Below are positions 17,192-28,800 of a stretch of DNA of 64,000 nucleotides, one piece after another (the stretch's first letter is position 1; each line of letters opens with the position of its first letter). The notes under the pieces are model-generated. The model did not search any database and was not told where the DNA came from. It saw only the letters and a program-made list of their open reading frames with translations. The position numbers were made by a program, and so were the translations under genes. The DNA is taken from positions 62,001 to 126,000 of IMG/VR virus record IMGVR_UViG_3300019458_000021; one strand, 5' to 3'.

Positions 17192-18517
17192 TTAGATCGT
17201 ACGTCCATAAACGTGAACCAGTGTAGAAAGATCCTCATCCATTCCACCAATGTCCATGTAGAGAGCATCCAAACCAGACGGGAGAATCAAAATACCGGTA
17301 GTTGGTGCAGTTGCAGGAAATGGTGAATCTCCCGTTCCAAACGGACCATCACCGTATCCCATCGTACCGAAACCATGCGGTTCATTCTCTAGGACTGCTG
17401 CTGAGATGTCATCAGCAAAGTCCCCAAGTGTAAAGTCAAAGCGAATTGATTCAGCAACAAATGTGTCTGTATGCAAATCGCCCGCCTGGAGCAATCGACA
17501 GTACGGTGGCTCGTCATAGCCTTCCACGTGGAGATACATACGGCCATCATAGGTATTTGCTAGAGGTTTTGTTGCTGGGACAGCTTCTTTGACAAATACG
17601 ATCGTGTTGCCAAGTTCAATTGTGCCAGTTGCAGTTGCATCGACAGGAATTGTGCCTGCAACAGTGATCACTGTGTCCCCGTCAACAACTACTGCTGATA
17701 CAACGGTATACACACCATTTCCCGTACCAGTATTGCCCGTTACGGTGAATGTGGAACCGACTTGGAAACCAACAGTCATGTAGCCAGGAACGGTCCAAGC
17801 GCCACCAAGTCCGGTTGTTACTTCAATTATTGCAAGCTCATCGTACGTCTCATGGATGATGTAACCACCATTGTTTCGTCCCAAATACGTGTTGTCAACC
17901 GAGATGAACACACCTTCAAAGTACTTCTCCGTTTTCTCACCAGAGACCAAGAATGCATTTGAGTCAGCGCTGCTGTTCAGAATAAAGTCCTTCGTCAAGT
18001 CAAATACGTACGCAATACCGTGCGGTGTTGCAGTGGAAATGATTGATGTCAGCCAAAAGAGCGGTGGCGTTGATGCTGTTGTGTCAATCGTGATAACCGT
18101 ATTTGTCCCGTTGAACAATGACGAAGCAACACGATACCACCCACTACCGCCTCCAACGTTTCGACCGACAACAAAGAGTGTGCCAGGTGTGAAGCTCAAC
18201 GTGCGATCTCCGGCAACTGTCCAAGAACCAGCTCCCGTCACAACACCTTTGATCATGAAAGCTGTGTGTGCAAATCCAGCAGGAGCATCCCAAATGATGC
18301 CAAATCCACAATCATATACAACATCAGGTTGAGGACGACTGAACACCATGTCCCATGCCCAACGCTCACAAACTGTTGCGTTAATTTCTTCCGTCCACAC
18401 GTATTCAATCAACACCTCGAGAATCTTCGTATGATACGGTTTGACGGTTGAAACATAATCAACAAAACCACCAGTTGGGTCCGTTCGGAAAAGTGCGTCA
18501 ATTAACCGGCTTGCCAT
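17192..18517 (-). CDS. Baseplate-associated structural protein
   Basis: VDYVSTVKPYHTKI motif seen in wedge-type proteins; several copies of the W.V.GD...GNTG.GNG.YTV repeat. Confidence 0.7.
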   Translation of the reverse strand: MASRLIDALFRTDPTGGFVDYVSTVKPYHTKILEVLIEYVWTEEINATVCERWAWDMVFSRPQPDVVYDCGFGIIWDAPAGFAHTAFMIKGVVTGAGSWTVAGDRTLSFTPGTLFVVGRNVGGGSGWYRVASSLFNGTNTVITIDTTASTPPLFWLTSIISTATPHGIAYVFDLTKDFILNSSADSNAFLVSGEKTEKYFEGVFISVDNTYLGRNNGGYIIHETYDELAIIEVTTGLGGAWTVPGYMTVGFQVGSTFTVTGNTGTGNGVYTVVSAVVVDGDTVITVAGTIPVDATATGTIELGNTIVFVKEAVPATKPLANTYDGRMYLHVEGYDEPPYCRLLQAGDLHTDTFVAESIRFDFTLGDFADDISAAVLENEPHGFGTMGYGDGPFGTGDSPFPATAPTTGILILPSGLDALYMDIGGMDEDLSTLVHVYGRTI

Positions 18518-19077
18518 TATAGTCTCGCTTGTTCTATGTATCCGGCATCAAGTAACGCTTGTTGCAACGCATAAACATCTCTGTCATTTAGATGAGTATT
18601 GAAGATATTTTGGAGCTCCATCTCACGCGGAAATTCAAATGCTGTTACTCCTGGAATTAGAATCAATCCTAACATGTTGGTCTTTTTCTCGCAAAGAAAC
18701 ATTCCCTTGATCGTTCCAAGATGTTTATGCACATTTGTTAGTGAAAGTAACGTTGGATTTTCCAGAACGGAAAAATTGCCACCAACAAATCGAGGCCCAC
18801 CGACAAGGGACACTAGCTTATTATGTGCAGCATTATAAGACTTATTCACGTGAGATGGTCCACCAATTAGAGAAGTCAGATAATTGATCTGACAATCAAA
18901 GGTGCCAGTCACTGTTTTTGGACAACCAGCTAAGGAGGTTAGCTCCTGATAACGAACGTATAAATTACCTTCGTGTGGATCAGAAAATCGTTCTCTGTAG
19001 GCGGAAGCAACGTTTCGTTCGCGTGGCCCTTTTGGTGTTTTAATTACTTCATCAAGATTCATGTCAAGCTCCGTCAA
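18517..19077 (-). CDS. Leucine-rich-repeat protein
   Basis: ~22-aa repeats: LTSLAGCPKTVTGTFDCQINY / LTSLIGGPSHVNKSYNAAHNK / LVSLVGGPRFVGGNFSVLEN. Confidence 0.75.
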   Translation of the reverse strand: MTELDMNLDEVIKTPKGPRERNVASAYRERFSDPHEGNLYVRYQELTSLAGCPKTVTGTFDCQINYLTSLIGGPSHVNKSYNAAHNKLVSLVGGPRFVGGNFSVLENPTLLSLTNVHKHLGTIKGMFLCEKKTNMLGLILIPGVTAFEFPREMELQNIFNTHLNDRDVYALQQALLDAGYIEQARL

Positions 19078-19786
19078 TTTCCTGCTTCAGCGTTGTCAGA
19101 AGTGTTGAAGGAAAGCATTCGGTCCAACCCGTTTGATTCAAAGCTTGAAGTTCTTTGGACTTATAACGATGTTTTTTATACTTACGTAAAATGGTCTGTT
19201 CCATCAAAAACGCCTCGTACAAAGGCATTTGTTTAGCTACAACTACATCAAAATCAATTCCAGGAAATCGTTGTTTGATGTAACGTTTGCTCGTAATTCC
19301 TACTTTGCAAAAATTTGTACTGTTGATCAAGTACAGATACGATGGTTGTGTTTTTGCTTCTGGTCGTTTTACAAAATATTCTCGAGTGTAGCCGCCCTGT
19401 TTCAAACTTCCACACACAGGACAACCAACACCATTTACATGGTCGGCCGGTCGTTGTTCGAAATCCCCATGAATTTTACAAATAATCGTAACCTTTGTAT
19501 TCATATTGAGCAACTCTGTCTTTTCATAGCTGTATTTTTGCTTGTGTGTGCACCGGGCGCGTCGTACAAATTCCTTTGTCGTTAGTTTCTTTGTACCTCC
19601 ACATGAAGGACATCCGTAGCCTTGCAAGTGATCATCCGGTGTTTGTAAAAAACTTCCATGTTTGCAACAATCGATCAACACCTTCGTCTTGACATTACGG
19701 TAGTTCACTTTTTCGTACGTATATCGAGCGTTATGTCGTTCTCTGGCACGAATTTCAAATGCTTCTTTGGTTAATTTCTTTGGCAT
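19064..19786 (-). CDS. Putative free-standing homing endonuclease (two Zn-ribbon repeats plus GIY-YIG-like domain)
   Basis: Two Y.YEK...N..TKV.I.C..HG.F.Q.P..H..G.GCP.CG repeats; YLYLI...FCKVGITSK; own late motif at 19805-19811. Confidence 0.75.
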   Translation of the reverse strand: MPKKLTKEAFEIRARERHNARYTYEKVNYRNVKTKVLIDCCKHGSFLQTPDDHLQGYGCPSCGGTKKLTTKEFVRRARCTHKQKYSYEKTELLNMNTKVTIICKIHGDFEQRPADHVNGVGCPVCGSLKQGGYTREYFVKRPEAKTQPSYLYLINSTNFCKVGITSKRYIKQRFPGIDFDVVVAKQMPLYEAFLMEQTILRKYKKHRYKSKELQALNQTGWTECFPSTLLTTLKQEIDGA

Positions 19787-19815
19787 GTTTAGTCCTAAAT
19801 CTGCTATTTATGGCT

Positions 19816-22800
19816 CTAGTCATCAAATATACCAGCAACTTCCAACACACGAATACCGTGCAAAGCTACCCAGGAGGTCTTAAAGATCTCACGGTATTTA
19901 GATTTCACGGACAATGCATCTAGCAGACAGTTAAACCAAATGTTGTTGACGTGTTCTGTACCAAATGTGTTGTAGATTGCATCCATTGCTGTGGCAATAT
20001 TCTCAGACGTGTCAAACGAGAACGTTGCAAAGAACGAGTTGATGTCTAGTGGATAAAAGTCGTTGTTCGGATCCTCGAGATACGCAATGACCGTTTGCAG
20101 CGACAATGTACCATCGGTGAATGACTGATCAACACCAAGACCGTATTGTGTATCCGTGCCAGAAATCTCATCATACAGCGTGCGCTCCAACGCTGGGACA
20201 CGAACGCTTGGATCAGCGAGCTTGTAGCCAATCAACGATTCCGTTAGACGGTCCCACAGACGGCGGTCAATGTTAGCCCCCTGGCTGCGACGAATTGCAA
20301 GCCATTCTTCATGCTTGTTTTTGAGGTTCAACGGTGTCGGACCGTCATCAAGAGTGTCACGAAGTGTCAGATCCCGTGTAAATCGCACTTCATAGCGATC
20401 ATCCGTTCGAATAAAGTCCGCAGCCTTACGAATGATCGCTTGGCGATAGAACACTGGAATAACAGGGTATTGATCATAGATCCAAGGCGCTGAATAAATG
20501 ATGCCAAATGTGATACCGTATCCGAACCGGTCCGCCAAAGTTGGATCATCTTCTGGACGCTGTACAACAAGATATAGCGTTGGAATCTGTTCGATCTGTT
20601 GGGCAACTTGGATCAAAGGCAATGCATCATTACGATCCTCGATCTTGTTCAATCGATTTTCAACCCAAAAGTAGAACAATGAACGCGTAACGTTGTCAAT
20701 TGTTACAACACGTTGTGTGTATTCGGTCTGTTGCTTGAATTGCGTGTGTGTTGTTCCGTCATCTGTCGTATCTGGGTCAAACGTAATCTGTTCTTCTGTG
20801 AGAACAGGAATTGGACGTACGACCGTCACAATATCGTTGATTGTGAGAGAGGTTGAATTCGAGATCTCCAGCGAATTATCAACAACAAGACCTGTTTCCA
20901 CGACAACTCCGTTCACATACATGTTGACAACATCACCAGAAGCAAACAAGTCGCTGTCAAGCGTAAATGTCGCAGGAACCGGAAGTGTATACCCGTCAAT
21001 AATTGGAATGATTTTTTGCGACACAATCGGTTTACGCACCCAAGATGTTGCTTTGAATGCTGGAACAACTTCTAGTGTTCCAATGCCGGCCGTACCGTAT
21101 TCGAACGGCGTACCATTTTCCGTGTCGCTTAGTTTGGTAATTGTTGATGTTGTACCCAGTGTTGCAAAATACTTTGTTGAACCAGCAAGCGTTGTAGTTG
21201 TTGTTAATGGAAGTTGCAGGTCGAATGTTGTGATCACAATCGTGCTTTCCACAGCTTCAACTGTTGTTGGTACACCTGTGAGAGCAGTTTGCATCAAAGC
21301 TGCAAGCTGTGTAACTGTCGTTGATGCAGAAGTAATTGTGATCGTGTAGTCGATTGCCGCTCCACCATTCACAGCGAGGGTAAAGTCATAGCTGCCAATA
21401 GCCAAATTTGTCAACGTTGTTGGTACTACTGCCGGTGTATCATAGAAAGTAACCGTTGCAATGGCTGGTGATGTTTCAAACACCGCTGGAACGACCGTAA
21501 TCGTTACAACCGCTGTCATCGAAGTTGCTAAACTGTCAAACAAGTCTGGATTAGCACCCGTTGTCGGACGAGTTGGTGTAATTGTTCCATTAACGACTAA
21601 CACTACTTCATCGCCTATGCTCAACGTGTTCACGCCAGCAATTTCATCGGTGCCGACGTTCACAGTCGCTGAAATTGGTGTACGTTCACGGAAGAAAGTT
21701 GTCATTCGTGGGGTACCAGTGATCTTGTCGTTTGACGCAATTGCTGTGTCATTGGTCTCATCAACAGCTGTTGCAGCCCATTCCTCAGGTGTGAATTGGC
21801 TTTCAACCCATTGATACACACGAACGTCGCCCCAATCCGCCAAACGACCCCAGTTGTAGAGGCGGTCGTTGAGATCCGGTAGGACAACATCGTCATAGTA
21901 CGGACGATATGCAAGCGTTGCTGTATCAAGCCACACTGTTTGTGTTTCAGCCTGATTCCATGGCTGTTGTGAGATGTCATTTGGATTCAACGTATTCGTA
22001 TACAGAGCTGGATCGACAGCATTTTGAATGTCAACATTATGAACGGCTGTGGGTGAGTGATATCCTCGAGCTGGATCCCACATCGGAACATTGGTCAGCA
22101 CCGTTCCGGCAACGTAATCGATGATCTTCGCAGGACTATTCTTTGTCTTACCTGGGTTGATCGTGAAGATCATGATAATGTCAGTGAAACCAGTCGTTGT
22201 AAACCGGATCACTTCCGAATTGATTCTTGAGAACTCATCTGCACCTGTGCCTTCAATCATATACGCTGTTGTATAGTTGCGTAAATCACCAGCAACAACA
22301 AGATCACGGTTGGTTACACGAACTGTGTCTGCAAAAGTTGGCAGCTGTATGTAGATATCACCGGCAACAGTTGTAATTTTGACTGGTACGTCAGTTGTCT
22401 GAACCCATTGTGTTCCATCCCAAATGAAGATGAAGCCAGTCGACTTTTCATACCACATGTCAACCGTTTCTTCGCCAGCTGTTGGAACAACATCAGAAGC
22501 ATAGATTGTTGTGAGAGTTGTCACCTGACTGTCTAAAAACAGGATTGAATTATCGAGCAACACCCGTTGCTCGGGCGCATCAATCCAACGGTCTTGATTG
22601 CTAAATGTTACAATCTTGAATCCCATTGCCTCATCAGCCTCAACCTGTGCCGTGTCTGATGCTTCTGTATCTGTCAAAAACTCGAGACGAACGTCATCGA
22701 CTTGGCCATCAGACGCAAACAATTTGATTTCTGGATACACACGCGGACGAACATCTCCAAATTGAGCAATCTTCCAAGCCCAAAACTCGTCGATTTTTGC

Positions 22801-25800
22801 GTCAACAAATCGACGAGAGTTGATGTACGCCTTGATTGCATTTGTTGATCCTTTTGCTTGGATCATACCGCGGTAGAAGACAAACTGTGTTTTTGCATTT
22901 GTGTTCAACAGATCCAAATATGGCTGTGAACCGGCACGGTAACCAAGCAATTGACGAGAGTTGAGACCAACCTTCGTAAGTTCCTTCAGCCCGTATGTGT
23001 CATAGTAGTTCTGCGAATCGACGGTCTGGCCTTCAATGTTGCGACGGTATTTGCCGCCGAGCAAGTAATATCCACCTAATGTTGGACGAAGTGAAAAATC
23101 GTTCTTTTCGTAGAAGTCCATGCCAAATCGCTGTGCTGTTAATCCGAGGAATGAATCGTACAGAATTTGATTGCTTGTTGTGTAATCGTTGAACAAACAA
23201 ATGTGCTCGTATCCTTCGATAAACAAGTGCGCTCCACCCATGTGAATATAGTTGTATGGGTCAGCGGTAGAGATTGATGGTGGAACAGTGTCGTTAGGAA
23301 GTTCTGTTCGCATTGCAAGACGGCTCTGTTTGTCTTCACGGAACACCAACAACTTATCAGCACTGATTGGCCGTGCATACTGGTCAAAGATCGTTTGCTG
23401 AACACGAATGTCTGCATACGGTCCTTGAACAACGTCCGAAAGAACACCTTGAGGCGTGTCAATCCACACATTGTTCCGAGCCGCATTCAACTCAAACGAT
23501 GGGAATGAAATCGGACGGCTTTGTGGAGCAATAAACATCACCCCACTGCCGTTTGTGAGAACGTCAACGATGCTTGCGTTCAACATGCGTGTGGTTGATA
23601 ACCTGAACTCACCTGACACGCCGGTCGGATTATAGTAGTATGGTGTGTTCGCGATGAACGGTTCTGGCAGAAGACCTGTTGATGACATTAAGATAGCAGT
23701 TCCTGGTTGCCACATTGGCACCTGACCTGAGAACGTCATGGTATTTGCGGCCAAGTCTGTCACAGTGAATTGATATTTGTCAGCAACGCTCATGCGTGTA
23801 CGACGTAGTCGGAACGCCCAATCGATGAATCGTTCTTCTTCAAGCTGCCAGTTAACTGTGCGTCCTGTTTCCGGATCCAGCTCTGTGAAGTCGCTCAAAT
23901 TGTACAAGACGCCAATGTCTTTCTGGTAGGCTGCGTAGCCGTCGATGATGTTAATCAGTCGCTGAATACCAGCGATCGAGTAAGGAGGAATAAACGTTCG
24001 AACCTTTGTCTTGTCCAGTGCATAGTGATACCAGATTTCTGTTGAAGGGCCCGCACCTCCAAACACTTGGAATGATGAATCGACTTGACCAACATTAAGA
24101 TCTCCTGTACCAGTTGTTGTCCACACAAAAGGAACACCAGCCAGCGCTGCATTTGGACTTTCTGCAACTCGGAACTGTCGATTGTTCAGTCGGATAATGT
24201 ACAATGGTTGATTCGGAACCAACGGAGCTGGTAACAATTTTGATGAAGTTACGAACACAAGATCGCCAGTTTGCCACGGTAGAACACTTAACGGAAAGTC
24301 AATCAAACCATTTGCGATTGAACTTGGTAGTGGTTCAAGTGTTGTGATTCTTGTCCTGTCAACCGATGGATCGTAAATCGAAGCAACAACGGTATAGGAA
24401 CCATCATTTCCTGTTGAGTTGATAACGTCAAATTCTTGATCCGGAGGAAAATCTGTCACATGATCACCATCAACCTCAAGCAGATTCGATACAGACAGTG
24501 CACCTGTAATTGTATAGCGGAAAATCGTTGCAGTGTTCGTAAGAATATCAACCGTGAACGGATAGTTGATCACGTCATAGTAGGAAACGTCGCGAGGAAT
24601 TGACGCAAGCGTTTCGATTTCAAGTTTCCACTGAGTTTGACTGTTGTACTGAACAAGTTGTGGTGGCATATTCAAGACAACGACTTCAAACGCATCTGAC
24701 CACATGTCTTTGATCACACCCATATTTGCGAGCAATACGTTGTAGTCTTGTGGACCAACATCAAAGTACTTGTTCGAAACTTCGAGAGTTGATGTGTCAA
24801 TAATGCCGGAGAATTGATAGGACAATAATGGATCCCAAGCTGTCCACAAAATACGGAATTCTTTGTTCGTGTCGTAGCCAACGAATCGGTCATAGTTCAC
24901 ATACCACTGGTTCAATCCTCGTGCTAGGAATGAGACGTCATTGTTGTAAATGTCGCCGTGGAACAGTGCGTCTTCGTGGTTGTACACCTGACAGAATGTT
25001 GGATCGATCTGAAGGTTGTTGACACGTATAAAATCAATGCCCCACGCATAGTGCATGAAGCGAACAGGTTGCATTCGAAATGCAATCACTAGTGGATCGT
25101 AAACATGCTCACCGGAAACCAACCACTGCCATTCTACAGGACCGCCGTCTCCAAACGCATAGTTCGCTCCAGGGGCAACAATCTCAGTCGACAAACTTGT
25201 GAAGAACGAGCGAACAATTGATGAAACGGTAGTGTAATACGGTGGCAACAGATCATCCGGTGCATAGTTGCCTTGAATTACACCGTCACTGATGTTGACG
25301 GAGAAATAGTTGTACACCAGCGTCACTTGGCCTGGTAGACCAGTTCCCGGCGAACCATCCGGAGCAGTACCACCCACAGGAATGGTACCAACACGAATAT
25401 TCTCCCACATACCAGTTGTTGTGCCGTGGTTGTAAATCCATCGACGGGTGCCGTTGGTTTCAAGGTAGAACGCATCCCACCAGTCAGGTTTGTCCGCAAA
25501 TCCCTGGAGTTTCCATGGCTCGAGATGTGGGTAAGGTGTATTGTACCATAGCGTGTAAAGCTGTTGCCAAGACCCTGCCAACCCAGGCGAAATCGAGAAC
25601 GTTGGTGGTGTAGTCAAGTTGCTATACACATAGTTCCATGTGAACGCATCTGACGGATTATACAACACATTTTCGAACGGTGCACGAATACGGCGAGCGG
25701 CGACAAATGCAAAGAATTGGTCTTCGGTATATTCATCGAAGAATGCTTGTTCACTTACATCGGGAGTTAACGATGAGTAATCGAATGCCGTTTCAGCGAA

Positions 25801-28800
25801 GTCAGGCGTAACAGCATGCAATTGTTCTTCGATTGAAAGGATTGTGTTTGCCAATAGCGCGCGCATATCAACTTGTTGCCATGCAATTGAGATCTCGCCA
25901 GCAGGTGCTGCAGCAACCCAAGAAACACCGTTCCATTCAAACAGTTGGTTAAATGTGGTGTTCCAGTACAAGGCACCAATTGGAACGCCAGCCGATGATG
26001 GCGCAACGGGCGAAACAGCAATCACGTTGAAGCGATACAAAACACGAGGCGCAATAGTCTGATACCAGTAAACACCGTTTCGAATCACACCAAACTCTGC
26101 AACGAACGTTGTTAGTGGGCAGCCAGGTGGTAATATGAACGGAAGCGTTGACATGAAACATGGTGGCGCTGTCGTAGAAATCTTTCCAAGAGTACCGTTT
26201 GTTACTCGCGTGTCCGGTAAACTACACAAAATACGTGCGATGCTATCTTCTTCGGCGGCTGTGAAATCAATACCCGAACGATGACCGTCGTGATGTAGAA
26301 TTTGATAGATGTTCAACTTCGAATCGATGTCTACAATCGGTTTTGTCTTTGGTCCGAGTGCAAACATTGGAACTGTTGCAACCCAATGACGTACACCAAT
26401 ATCGGTTACATTGTCGAACGCACTTGTATCAACATACACTTGGCCGTAGAAGTCGTTCGCTTCATAAGCGTCTTGAATCGTTTCGTTGATGAATCCTTGC
26501 AAGTCTGTGATTGTTTCCGTGTTGATTGTTGACAACATTGTCAACACGTTCTTCGTGTATAGTTCTTTAATCGCTAACAACAATGATGCATACTGTTGTT
26601 GTGCAAAATCAATGATGCCCAACGGGGTCACAACAGTCTCATTTACTGCAGAAATCAGAGTATCATAACTATCATTGTGCTCCTTGATCGTACCACCCAA
26701 CGAATAGTTGAACGACCCCTGCGTCAAAGCAGAAACTGTTCCGCCTGGGAATGCAAATGGATTTGGTTGTTCAGCAATGATTGATCGGAAATGTGAGACA
26801 AGCTCTGAGTAGGCAACAACCGCGCGGTTGTGATGCTCCGGATTGAATCGCCACTGATCAGGTATTTCCCAGTCACCAGTAGGATCGCCAACAGGCAGAG
26901 GATTTCGATTGCCGTCGACCCATTCGGGAATGTAAACACCACCAGTCCAATCGCTAGGTGGACCAGAAGTTCCGTTTGTGTATTGCGGGACGCTACGCCA
27001 AATCGTCGTCAGTGTTGGATCAGCTCCTTCGATACAAACAACCGGTGTTAGAAGGGAATCGTCCTGTTTCGGCTGAGCTTCTGTTGACCATGTGGTGCCA
27101 TTAGATCGGAAGACAATCTGCTGTTCGGGATCATAGTAAATGCTGTTAACAATTGTGACAAGATATGCAGGAGGATCTGTGCCAACAAACGGTGCATGCG
27201 TTTCAAAGCGATCGTTCGCATCTTGAATGACAAACAACGATTGCCATGCGTCACCATCCCATTGTTTTAGGACTTGTGTGCTGGTGTTATACCAGTAATC
27301 ACCCGACTGCACACGACCATCATGCAGGCGATAGCCGTAGATCTGACCATTATCTTCTGCAAGTAGGAACTGTTCGAATCCAAACTCCCGGCCACCATCT
27401 GAAACTGTAATACGCTTCTGAACAGAACGATTGATTGGCGCCGATGGATCTTCTTGGAAAGAAAAAATTGGCGATGCTTTGATGATTTCTCCCGTGCAGA
27501 CATTGTACACGTTGAACAACGGATACTGATTGATCAATATCTTGGCTTGTTCGTTTCGTTTGTATGTTTCACGTGCAAGATATTCTGGTTGAGTACCAGC
27601 AATCACAGCTGCAAGGAATGTCACTTCATCTTCAATTGTACGAACAGGAACATACTGTAGACCCATGTCACTCAACGAAGCCGGACCAACTTCAATGCGA
27701 ACAATGTCATATTGTGTCAGTGGTGTTGTAAAAATGATCTGCGTTACATAACCGAACGTTTGAGAAGTGTAGATGCTTGTACCGACTACCGTATAGTCCG
27801 GAGTACCGACAGTTGTTGTTTCTACATACTGACCATACTGACGAACATCGTTAACATATACACGAAGTTGGTCTTGTCCGGCAAGCGCAAACAGGGAACG
27901 GCCAGTCGTAATTGTACCAGAAGCGTTTGCTGCAGCAGGAATTGTTTCGTTGACGACAATGTTTGTATTCAGACCAACGTTTGTTGCCGACAATACTGTG
28001 TAGATGCCGTCGCCACCGCCCGTGTTGTCTGGAATGACAAACGACATGTTTGGGAAAAAGAATGATGCAAAATTGCCTGTAATTTGCCATGTTCCGTTAA
28101 CACCCACGATCACACCATTGATCGTAAATGCTGTCTCATTGATGAATTGGAATGAGGCATCGAGAGGGATAGTCGTTACGCCAACGCCCGTGACTGTTGT
28201 CTCTTGGAAATACTGGCCAACAGTCATTGGACCAATAGCTGGATTGCCGAAGAATGAGTATGGATCGCCGTCTTCTATCGCACGACGGAGCAGCGGGTTA
28301 CCGACAATCGATCCTTCCGCAGTAGTCACTTGTGATGCGGTGTTCATAACCCAATGAACATGATAGCCGCGCCAGGTGTCGCCAAGACTTGTCAAGCTCG
28401 GTTCAAGTCGTAAGTGTGTTGGACCACCACCGGTTGGGTACGTTGCAAAAAATACATCAACAGCTGGACCAGCCTCAATCAGTTTCACAATTGTTACCAT
28501 ATAGCGGCCTTGGACATCCGCTGGATCAGTTGGACCTCCTTCACGGTAAATTGAGTAGTCGACGGTGAATGTATTGTTCGTCACCGGCAGATCAGACTTC
28601 ACTAAAAAGTGAAAACCCGGAACAAATGTGTCTGTATAGTTTGTGTCACGCGCCTCAGTTTCTGACTTGTCAAACAAGTACAAGAACCATTCTGTGCCTG
28701 CCCCACCCCTGGTCAGCAATCCAGCCTTTGACTGGCTCAAGTTCAAGTCGTGTTGGCTGGCTAGTTGTTGCTGAAAACACACCACTTGTTGTTGGACGAT

